Below are positions 1 to 10,592 of a stretch of 64,000 bases of DNA, one piece after another. Each line of letters opens with the position of its first letter. The first letter of the stretch is position 1. This DNA comes from Lepidodermella squamata (taxonomy: Eukaryota > Animalia > Gastrotricha): positions 1,798,001 to 1,862,000 of the forward strand of contig JBLDXI010000017.1 in NCBI GenBank assembly GCA_047495785.1, written 5' to 3'. The notes beneath the pieces were generated by a model that was given only the letters and a program-made list of their open reading frames with translations, did no database searches and had not been told where the DNA came from. Made by a program: the position numbers and the translations under genes.

Positions 1-619
1 GACATCAGCCTTTCGAAGCTGATAATGCAGTCTAGCCAAACTATTGAGGTCATAAGTGACGCCTGGCCACCGAATAAAACTTGACACCCGACATCGCCGA
101 ATAAAAAATCGTCATAAAGCCTGCAACAAATAATTGTGTTTTCGAAAAAAATCGATAAAATATCGCGAACCGGGTAACACCTTTCATCGCCCCAATAGTC
201 TGAAAAAAACAAGAAAAATTGAGGTGGAACGACGAGTTCTTAGCCTTACCGTAACTGCGATATTACAGATTGTGTGAGTGATGATTAGGAGCAGAAATTC
301 AGGGTTGACCCGCCGCCTGTAAATCGTTGAACTGAAAAAATTTCCCGGTTTTTTTTATTACAACTGACCTTCGAAAGTTAACAACAGCGAAGACATTCGA
401 CGGAATGCTGACCATCCATAAAATGAAAGCAATAATGAATTCGACATGGGGTTCCGGGGCCGCGTCGCCCCTATTCAACTGTTGCTGGAATAGGAATAGG
501 CAAGCAAAGGAATCGATCGAGTTTGCAGTCTCATTGTTTGTCCCGACTTGAATTGGCCAGGTATCAATATCACGGTTGTCATAGGGACAAATCCAAGACT
601 GGTTGATTGAGGATGACAT
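1..619 (-). CDS. Class A (rhodopsin-like) GPCR, 5' part (N-terminus to TM3), runs off the window edge
   Basis: Spliced exons approx 619-369, 331-250, 199-172, 121-1 with GT-AG introns. They give TM1 FIIAFILWMVSIPSNVFAVV, TM2 EFLLLIITHTICNIAVT, and ECL1/TM3 DFLFGDVGCQVLFGGQASLMTSIVWLDCIISFERLM (xFGxxxC and E/DRY-like ERL). Confidence 0.8.
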
Positions 620-2584
620 CAATTAAAAATAAAAACAGCAAAACTGTTGCGAAAAAAATCTTGGATAATAAAATATCAGCGCAATTCAAAAATTAATAAA
701 AGAAGCCAGCTAAAAGTATCGAATAGAGTTTAATATAAATATTCGTCGTCTCAAGTTCGAAAATTTGACCTCCGTCAAAATACGCAATCACATGAGTCAG
801 TACTGGCAACACGCTAGGGATTATCATCGTTTTCCGCTTAGCAGTTGCGGAAATAAATGTCTCTGAAAACGAGTCGTAACGATTTAGGATTAGCCTAATA
901 TCAATAACACGAATTGTATTGCTAATTTCACGGCGAAACTGGCTTCACGTTTTCAACTTTGGTGGCGATAGAAAACGGGCTTCATAACTAATTCAGATTT
1001 TGTGTTATATTACGTCTCAGTTTACAGCGTCATTATATTCGATCGCACACGTAAAATAAATGTGATTGATTTTCAGCGTGCAAGGTGTGCTGCGCTGAAA
1101 ATTTCGCAGTCTACGCCGGAATTGATTGCCTCCAGCCAGAGTGATTAAAACTAAACCGATCAACTGATTGTTTTTTTCGTACAAATATCCGGAAAATGAA
1201 CGTCCCTTGAACTAATGCGCACTACAACCGCCGCCTATCGAACACATTCTAGTTATGTATAATAATAAAGTATAACTTACAATTCAGGGCTTATGAGTTA
1301 ATTCTTAATTCCAAGTATAGACAAACTTGAAACTTCTATTATGAGAACTTTCAGCAAGCTTTCATGACCTCTTTTTTTGAGAAACCCTCGACCTTCACGA
1401 GAGAAGCCATGGAAGTTTGAGTCGATTTAATTGAATGAAGCTTTTCCAACAATAGAACTACAGGATTAATACGATTCAATTTTGAACAGGTTCATTAAAA
1501 AAAATATGTACAGCCTTGATTTAAAGGTTCTAAGGCCAAGGGTTCTATGACTTCTAGGAGCAAAAGATTGAAGATTTAACAATTCTCCAAATCAATAAAA
1601 TTAGAAAAGATTTAAGAGCAAAGATAAAATGGAAACGCAGTAAGAACAATTAATTAAATAGCAATAAATTCACGGTTAATATTTATGACCAAAGGACAGG
1701 AAGTTTAGAGCTAACAGATAAAGGCAATCGATAAAATAGCGTGCATTTTTTCGTTGAAAATGGTGCTGTAGACACTTTTGGTAAACCAGTCCAGCAGTCG
1801 ATCTTGATGCTCAACTGGCGTTATAGATTAAATCTCGAACGGATACGTATACGAAGTTGGTATTTATGGCGTTACTACTTTTCCAGGGTGGCGGCCTGTT
1901 TACTTCAAATCGAGACCCGACTTGATCGCTTCCTCTTATTGCGCCCACAATTTTGTAAAAATAGGTCATCACCGGCGATGTTTGGGAACGTAAATTTCTC
2001 AATTTCCTGGAGATGAATGCTAAATTTCAACTAAAAAAATAGTATTCAGGTGGCTCTTTTGTCAAGGCTTTTGTCCTCCTCTTGTTCAATACGGGCGTCA
2101 CTATATGCTTGCGAAATGCCGGAAACTGCTTCATTTTTTAAATGCGGACAGGTGAAAATCCGTGATTAATTATGGTGATCAAAAAATGCACGTCACACTA
2201 TGAAATCGAGGCCTTTCTGAGCGAATTAAATTTATATTTATACCCAATTTCGCCATGAAAGGCTCTCTATAGGTAACACGTGCTCGGCAGGTGACTGACC
2301 CACAGACTTAATCATCTTAAAAATAAAACACGAAAAAACCAGGTCAACTTTTTTTATTCGATTCCAGCCGTCAAAGGCAGTAGGCAATAATTGCAATGAA
2401 ATGTTATATAATGAGTAACAATATCAACTCAAGCCGTTTGATAAACTGCTGTGGCGTATTTTCTGTACAATGTCGTCATATGAGTTTTGCCTATATTTAC
2501 ACATATCAACAGGGTATAATATCATATCTCAGATTTTTCCTCAAACAAAAGTCCAGTTTCAGTTCAGTAGTCAAAATTTCGATT

Positions 2585-5500
2585 TCAATGTCCGTTCGGG
2601 GCTTCGAAAAATAAAACACGGTGACGCTCGAAGTCGGTGACTACAACGACCGGGCCCTGGTGAGTCTTGCCATTTGCGCACTTCTCTGCCGCGTCATTAT
2701 TAGCAGTCGAGGCGGGAATTACGGCAACTCCCGACGCTGAGAAGGCCGGGCCGTACGAGGCAGGCGGTGCGAATCGAGCAATCGGCTCACCTGTCGGTGC
2801 GAAAACCTAAAAAATAGCAATGCAATATAAGCTCAAAGATAAAAGGATAATCTTATTAGGCTATTTTTAGAGAATATTTCTAGGGATTAAACAAGGAAAC
2901 GAGTGGTTAACCTGGACCAAATTTAAATGAACTTTTCAATTGGACAAAAAAATATAACAAAGAAATTTAAAAAATCATTTAATGTGAAGAAAATATTCTA
3001 AAAATTCAAAATAATTCACTAATTCTTCACGTGTCTGAAGTTGACGATCCAATATTTTTAAACATTATCGAAAATATTCAATTATAATTATTCCACCATG
3101 CCAACCACGCTCGATTTCTGTCATCCTAGCTGCGATCTCGGCTTTATTTCCAGCTGGCCATCCGCAGCAGATCGCGATCTACAACAAGGTCGTGCTGTGG
3201 ATTATCGACCGAGGCCATGCATTCAACGAAATCAAGGCCGGCTCGTTCATCGAAATAATGGCCGAAGCTAACTCGCTCTGGGTGCCATTTTCGCGTTCGA
3301 CTTTGGTGGCCTGCCTCGATGGTTGCGCACCAAAGGTCCCACAGGGACGGAGTCCCCAATAAGCGATAGAGTACGGCGCATCAGCTACTGCTGATGCGGA
3401 AGGGGTTATAGGAAATTTTGGGGAAACTCCTAGGGAAACTCCTGTGATAGCTGTAAAATTCCAAAAAATACAAAAAAATCGGCCATGTTTCAAAACCTCC
3501 AATAACTTTTCTTCAAGCATAGCGAACAAACTACTGATTTTTAAACAATTAAAAACGAAAAAATCGCTCTTCCGGTTACGCAATTGCGCAACTACCTTGA
3601 CCTAACGGCGTAAGGTCACCGTAGCCGGTCGACACCACCGCGCGCTGTCGCGCGCGCACACGACCACACACGCGTAATCACCGGCGCTCATTATAACCGC
3701 GCGCACCTGTGGCTGCGCAACTGCGCCATTCTTTTTATTGTATCGCCGTTAAAAACTTTTTATGAATTACCGGCTGCCTCCCTCCCCCGGGGGAGGGAGG
3801 CATCAGTTATCTTTTTTAAAAAACGTGATATTTTACTCCGGTTTGGAGGGTGGGGGAAATAAACACCGGCCGATCTTATTTCATCAATAACTTCACCAAA
3901 AATAGTCCGATTTTGAAAATTTTTGCGGCAACCGGCAGCTGGTGCCCCGTTTTTCTAGATGGAGGCGCGAAAAAAACGAAGTTTTCCGGGGCCGGCTAGG
4001 CCCCTCCAAAATCTCACTCTGTGCGCCCCGTTAAACGCGACGCCGAGTTAAGCGGTTAGGCACTTCCCCCATAATTGGGCTACGGAAAAAACTATGATAC
4101 ATACGAACAAGCGGAAAAAACCAAAAAATTCGCCTTTTCGCTAAGTATTACTAAAAGATTGTTGAGACCTATCGACCATACGGCTGATTTTTTATGAATT
4201 TAAATTACTTTTTTGATTTTTTATGCAAATTAAATATTCATGAGCTCGTGAGGTCATGACCCGGTTAGCGGCAACGGCGTTCGCGCGCCTTAATTACCAT
4301 CAATAAAATTTTATTACGCGCAAACAACAATTTGTGTCTTCCACCTTAAAACCAGGCTGCCTCCCTTCCCCAGAGGGGGAGGGAGGCATCAAAAATCAGA
4401 TAAAAAGTGTGAAGAATGCTGCATCGAATGGTGCAAATTTTACGATTTTATCACCAACGGTTGATTTTTTACAAATTCCCAAAGGTGCGCGCACTCTAAA
4501 AATTGAACTTGAAAGAGCAGTGTGCGAAATTTTCAAGACACGAGTGACACCCTTTAAACTGCGGAATTTGTCGTGACAAACTAAGATTTTCAGATTCTAG
4601 AAGGGACAGCCAATTTTTTAATACCAAAATCGTCTCGAAATTCACCAGAATAATGGAGATGAAGCGTTCGGAGCACAACTAATTTTTTTATTTTTTTGAG
4701 GAGGTTATTTTCGACGCACTATGCGCCTCAATATCGTCCTTTCAGAAATTTTGTGTGCATATTCTCTTTGCATTAGCTTGTAGGCCAGCATTTGCTGATT
4801 CGTTCAAGACCAAATTTGACCATGTGGTCCTCATCCTGAGCGCGGTATTAATTGCGCGGGAAAGCTTGTCCTTTCTTTGAATTTTTCAGTGTCCATTCTC
4901 GCCCATTTTTGGGATTTAGACTAAAGTTTAGATATCCAGGTCATACAGTTCAATCTTAGTAACAACTGGCTTAGGTAGCGAAGCAACGCTGAAGGCTGGT
5001 ATGGCATGTATTAATGGTTCCCTATACCTGTTCGCCGAGAAGGTTTGGCGAATTGACATGAGCAATGGTGTCAGCTAGTTGCTAGCTGGGCCTATTCCGT
5101 TCTCTGAGCTGGCGATTTAACGAGGGAGGGGGTTGATTCTCCCCTACTTTTAGGAGGGGAGATAAGAGGGGTGGTAGTTCACGAGCATTATTCAGACTTT
5201 CGCCACCCCATTTTAGTTATGATACGAAACACAACGCAACTGGTATTTTCTATATCTGGATGTTCTTGGCGACAACCTGCGTATGCTGATCGGCAAGCTT
5301 CTTCGTCAAGCTGAATGTTTCTCGACCTCGTTCTATCCCAGAGGTCCCGGGTTCTAGTCCTCCTTTTACCCCATTTTTCCTAGTCCTTCCTCTTGTTCAC
5401 GGCTCAAAGACTTGTCTCGGCTCCTGAACTCAAAAGGCGTTGCTGTAGATCGTTTTGTTTTGAAGTGTTTCGGCTCTCTCCAGTTCTCGGCCTGAAATTT

Positions 5501-8500
5501 TCACCATTTGGAAAAATGGTCATTGTGTTAACTTCCCCGTATAAAAGTCAAGCTGAGAATGACGCGAAGTCGTTCTTGTTCGAATCTTGGGTCAAACAGA
5601 GACTGCTGATATCTCAGACTTCCGAGCAGATAGTTTGAAGTAGATTACGATATATTGAAGTTGATGAACTCGCCGAGTTTGAAGGGTTTGTTGAAACTTA
5701 AGCGAAGAAATTCCCGTTTTCGCGTCAATATTCACCTTAATGCAAAGGCTTACTAGCATTCTAGCAGAAATCAACATGGTTTAAGAAGATTGTTTGCCCT
5801 TTGGCTTTTCATATTTTACTGAAAAGGCCACAGTTCCTCCTTTTGCTTCCTTTTGGTTTCGCGAAATCTTTTAGCGGTTCGGCCCAATTTTTACCACATA
5901 TACACCGACAATTATTTCACTCGCCTCAAGAGCTTCACGCTCGGGATTGCTACCACACGGGAGCTATTCGTGATAATATGCTATCGGGTTGCCCTCAAAC
6001 TCAAAAAGGAGGTGAAACGGACACCACGGGGTACTATTGACACCAGGGTCCACTCTCAGTCAGGCATCGTGTTTATCCGCTGGATGAACAATTCAATTTT
6101 AAATTATTGAATTCTTATTATTTATCATTTAAGCGGGTATCTTATAGATAAGCGCTCAATCCGTAATTTCTGCTTCAATCGTGTATCAATCGTGTCTGTC
6201 TTCGATCTCGTTTTCTGTAATCATGGATCGTGTATGTTTTTTAAACAAAGAATGATAAGGAAAATAATAATTTTCTGTTATAACCATACAGAGAACAAAG
6301 GCTGCAAGAAATCTGGCGCTTAGCCGATTACTGTACGAGATCCGCCGTTGCAGCGATCCAAATTGCAGAAGGCATCAAAGACTTGGCAGACGAATTGATT
6401 TCGATAATTCGTCTTCCTGCGAATCCGGCAGCTCCGTAACTGTTACCAGCAGCAAGTATGGTATAAAACTCCTGGCCAAGGTGGATAGGTGGAGTCGTGA
6501 GCCTTGCAATCCGGTAAAAATCTTACAGCCCTACGCGATCAGCCGTTACAACGAAGCTATGGGTGGCACCGATCGTATGGACCAAAATCGTTCGTATTAT
6601 CGGTAATTTTGTAATGTTGAGCTTTAAATTGGTCTCAAAGCTACATATATAGCGATAGTATCGATTCGAAGTTGAGTGATTGATTGATTGATTGATTGAT
6701 TTTGAAGAAAATTGTGATGAGTAGATGACACATCAGCTGTTTTTCAATTTAATTCAATTTCTTAGAGTGGCTTATTTATACAGCTCAAAATCACCCAATT
6801 TTTCAATTATATTAAGGTGGATGAATCATAGGATTTTTTAGTTTTTCTTCGTTTTCACTAGGAATAAAGAGGATACCCATGTTATTTTTCATGAGTAGAT
6901 TTCTGCTCCAATCAAATTTTCAATTAAAAGCCGATGAGGCGGAGAATTTCACGTCAGAAACGCAAAAAAACCTAGTAAATTTTGCAAAAAAACATACCCG
7001 AATTTCCTTATTGCCGGAGTCAGCGCCGAGAATGTTACCAACCGGGTCGCAACCGGTACGGCGGACCAGTGAAATCGGTTCCTTCGGCTGGATATGAGCA
7101 GCCACCAAATGACTAGCCGATTCAAGATCGCCCTGGCCGACAATCGCCTTCTTGAAAACCGACCGGCCTTCATTGGCCGTGAAAACGACGAAAGGAACGC
7201 GGGAAACGCGGGGTTCAGCCGCCGTTGCCGGGTCTTCAAACATCGAGTGAACATAGGCCGAGTTGGGGTTCCGATCCAATTTACATTCAAACGTCACCTC
7301 GCCAGTTTTAATCGAAAACGCGACAATTTTATCCCGGGTCGAAGTGTACAGCGTTTGTTTAGTCGACGAAACCGCCAGGCCGTAGATGCGAATTTTCCCG
7401 GTAAAACGGGCGAAAACGTCCGGGACAACTTTTAGCCTCGATTCCGGTGCGACCTTGTCGGGGTTGAAGGCGAAAATTCGACTAGGCAAATTATCGCGGT
7501 CAATCACGTAGATCCAGCCGTCCTTATCGGCCCCAATATCCCCGACCAGCTGGATGCGGCCGCGGTGGTCCGGGTCGATTAGCACATACGTCGCCACCTC
7601 ATTGGCTGCTGGTGAGAAAATTGTGATTTTATGCCCGGTGTGGACAACAGCGACCTGCCGGCGGGATGGCAACGAGCAAATACCGACCGGTCGGCTGAAA
7701 TTCCGCCGGTCTTCACTGCCCAGGCTTGAAACCATCGAGAACATGGCCATGCGCGAGTATAATGCGGCGTTATATTCGGCGCTTTTCGCAGCCACCTTAA
7801 CAACATCTGCCATTTCAACTTTTTTAACCTCGGGTTTAACGATGATTGACTCGATTTTAGGCGGGGCGGTTTTTTTCGGGGGTGCCTGCAGCTCGAAAGG
7901 CTGCTTATTTTCGTAATTATTATCAGGTTTAACGATGACGGACTGAATTTTCGGGGCAGGTGCGGATTCTTTTTGAGCAGGTTTCGGTGGGGGTTTGAGT
8001 TCAAATTGCGGCTTAGCTTCCAGCGGCTTCACGAACACCGGTAATTCGTTGGAGGGCGATGGGGTCGGCTTGGGCGGAGGAGCCTGGCTTTGCAGCTGGT
8101 TCATCGTCAGCAGCAGGGGTGATGGGGTAGCATGAGGCTGCTTGGCCGAAAACGAGCCGAGGCTGAGTTTCGAGTAATTCTCGAAAAATGCTGCGGCCTC
8201 GGGAGATTCTTTGAAGCCTTTGAAAGGTGCTGAAGTATCGGTCAACGCAGAAATCTGAAATTTCGGGGAAAAAAATAAAAATTTCGTTCGACTGTTAACA
8301 AGTGGGAAATGGAGTTCGGCGAAATTTTCGTGAGATATTGATGTAACTTCCGGATCAATGAAATATGGGTTGAATGATGTTAAAATGAAGCTAATAGCCA
8401 TCAAAGTTGCAGAAAGATAGGTGAAAAATCAATCGGAAAATGATAATAGAAATTACTTGCACCACTAAAAACCACTACGTAGAAAAATTATGGATGTTGG

Positions 8501-10437
8501 GTTCCACGACGGCTGATATCGGAATAATCCCTGATTTGTAAAATCGATACTTTGAATCGATATCGGCTGTGCAGGCTGAAATATAACTCAATATCGCTTC
8601 GATATCTGTTGACGAAACTGTCAGTAGCCGAGGTCGAGGTCGTGGCATATTCCCCAGCTCTGTTTCTGTCGACGAAGGAAACAACGGAGGACTGACAACT
8701 CGAATGACTCGCCGGGATTGAAATGTGGAAACAGCTGTCTAATTATTCATCAGAAATCTTCATCTTAAAGTGTCGGAATATACGTTAATAAAGTCTTTCC
8801 GATAAAATAATGCAAACCGCTGCCATGGTTGAAGAAAAACGTGTTGCTGTATGCCGTACACGAGAACCCAAAAATACATGTTTGTTCTCATGTCGACCTT
8901 TCATGGGCTGAAGAAAAAACTAGATCGTTCTTCGAGGCATGGAATCCCCGAGTTCCTCCTGAGCGCAGTTATTGACTACAATATCTGCAAGTGTATCAAG
9001 ACCATGCTGATCAGGCCTACTACCAGCCGACGCGTAAATCACACCGCTGGGTTTGCAAACTGGCTATTCACTTCCTTATCAGTCGAGCGGTGGTGAATGT
9101 GTAGTCGAAAGTGAGGAGAAATCAGAATAATAGTGATTTATTCTTTCTAATAACGAATAACGACGATTCCGAATAAGGGAGTAATTTTCTTCCCTTCCCA
9201 ATCCTACAGTCTTCAATCAATAATTGATTCGATATACGAATGGTGTAATACTGGCAACTTGGAATTGTGTTCTCTACTACGGTTATCATATTCACAAAAA
9301 TGTCATTCATCTCAACCATATAACCTCAGCTAATTGTGACAGATCTAGGAATTACCGTAGAAACTAATCTGACGTTCTCGCAACAGTGCTCAATTATATC
9401 CAAAAAAGCCTACCAAAAAGCCTTCTTTTCTCAAGTTCAACCTGAAAAGACGACTTTAAGACCATGGGTCCTTCAATCTTTTAACTTCTCAAACTCGATT
9501 TTCAAAGAAAAATTAGATGGAAATACTGAAATTACTGGAATAAGTTTTGAGATTAGTCAGGAAACTAGGAAAATTCGCCGAACTCGATTTTTCACTTGTT
9601 AACATAACCATTAATGAAAATTACCTCTTCACTTAGTTTCGAAACTTTTTTGAATAAATTGACAGCTTCAGTGTTGCTAACGCTGAAAAACGACGTGGCA
9701 TTGACCGTCGAGCGCAAAGCCGCGTGCTCCTGGGCCTTGGCGGCGCACTTGCTCTTGAAATCAGCCGACAAATTGCGCATGCCATCAATTTTCTTATCCA
9801 CCGCAAGTTGCGCTTCATCAACCACCTGGTTGGCAGCAATACGAAGTTTTTCGTTGATTTTGCTAAATTCTTCAATAGAATTTCGCTCAATCGCGAGGCA
9901 AGTCGCAGCGATTTTATCGCTATCCGATTTCAACATGCGATCGGAAAATTTTCGTTCCGCCTTAAAAAATTGGAAAAATACATTTTAAGATGTCAATTGA
10001 TTTTTGCTAACCAATGTGATTAGTTCTCGAATTTTTTGTATTTCAGTTTCCGAAGCCGGCGCGGTTTTAGTCGAGTTTTGAGCTGGCTTGACCACTTCAG
10101 CCAAACTCGGCGATTTCTGCGGTTGATTATCGTCGTCCCAATCCAAATCGTCCATATCCGAGTCGTCGAGACTGAGATCACCGAAATTGCTCAGGGCATG
10201 CACAGGCGGCTCGGCGGGTAGGACCGACTGGTTGAAGGGCGTTTTTCGGCGGCAACTCGTACATTCGACCAGGATGAACGCGTTCTTCTTCGGCTGCTGT
10301 TCGGCTGATTTCGCCTGCGTCAGTTCCCACATGCAAACGCTGCAGAACGAGTGATTGCAATCCAGCTTAAAATGATTCGCCGAATTTTTCACGACTTCGG
10401 TCGAGCAAAGGGTGCACTTCTCCTTCATAGTGGCCAT
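2585..10437 (-). CDS. TRIM-like gene A: C3HC4 RING, coiled coil, Pro/Lys linker, NHL-like beta-propeller
   Basis: Exons 10437-10013, 9960-9625, 8254-6998, 2806-2585, all phase 0. RING CTLC..CNHSFCSVC..CTSC. NHL-like blades FSRPVGIC, GDIGADKDGWIYVID, DPVGNILGADSGNKEIR|VFAPTG, VVVTDFERHRVLFF. The last exon is missing from the ORF track. Confidence 0.8.
3150..3310 (+). mobile_element. hAT-like transposase fragment inside the last intron of gene A
   Basis: Plus frame reads IYNKVVLWIIDRGHAFNEIKAGSFIEIMAEANSLWVPFSRSTL, resembling the hAT N-terminal motif (I..WI....PF..V....F..L...LNP....PSR.TL). Confidence 0.55.
3775..4388. repeat. Two copies of a GC-rich palindrome (3775-3802 and 4358-4388)
   Basis: TGCCTCCCTCCCCCGGGGGAGGGAGGCA is a perfect 28-bp palindrome. 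The second copy is TGCCTCCCTTCCCC-AGA-GGGGGAGGGAGGCA. Both are preceded by acc(a)ggc and followed by tca. Confidence 0.85.
5305..5365 (+). pseudogene. Possible degenerate tRNA-derived (SINE-head-like) sequence
   Basis: GAGGTCCCGGGTTCTAGTCC resembles a variable loop plus T-arm/B-box, with a weak A-box-like AAGCTGAATGTT upstream. No complete cloverleaf can be drawn. Confidence 0.25.
5850..6605 (+). mobile_element. Degenerate piggyBac transposase remnant 1
   Basis: FYHIYTDNYFT (DNxFT catalytic region), IFIRWMNN, and QPYAISRYNEAMGGTDRMDQNRSYYR (YN..MGGVD..DQ motif); disrupted by frameshifts and insertions. Confidence 0.8.
6678..6701. repeat. (GATT)6 microsatellite
   Basis: gattgattgattgattgattgatt read directly. 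Confidence 0.9.
8840..9100 (+). mobile_element. Degenerate piggyBac transposase remnant 2 (distinct from remnant 1)
   Basis: VLMSTFH, AVIDYNICK, then after a frameshift DHADQAYYQPTRKSHRWVCKLAIHFL, matching piggyBac V.LLST.H / DYN..K..VD..DQ...Y...RKS.RW..KL..H. Confidence 0.7.
9336..9425 (+). mobile_element. LINE (CR1/L2-like) reverse transcriptase C-terminal fragment
   Basis: VTDLGITVETNLTFSQQCSIISKKAYQ matches the KDLG(V/I)...L.F..H...I..KA motif of non-LTR RT. Confidence 0.65.
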
Positions 10438-10592
10438 GATATATCAAGTAAAAAACACTAGACGAAAAATTTGGAACGATTGCCAAATATATATTGAATT
10501 GTCAAATTATATCAGATTGATTATATGAAGATTCATCCCGCACAGAACAACTGAAAATGTTTTAAAAATGTTATTTTTGATTTCCAATCGTA

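Larger units (their letters stand above)
8293..9604. mobile_element. TIR-bounded non-autonomous element in gene A intron 2, containing piggyBac and LINE fragments
   Basis: Left TGTTAACAAGTGGGAAATGGAGTTCGGCGAAATTT (8293-8327) and right AAATTCGCCGAACTCGATTTTTCACTTGTTAACA (9571-9604) are inverted repeats. The same TIR family occurs at 62778-63281. Confidence 0.7.

Noticed and set aside
1700-2320. Coding-like minus-strand sequence between the GPCR and gene A
   Set aside because: No splice combination tried gave a continuous frame or a recognisable motif; possibly a relic.
6920-8404. 494-aa ORF as a standalone gene
   Set aside because: Only 8254-6998 is an exon of gene A; its apparent N-terminus is TIR/intron sequence.
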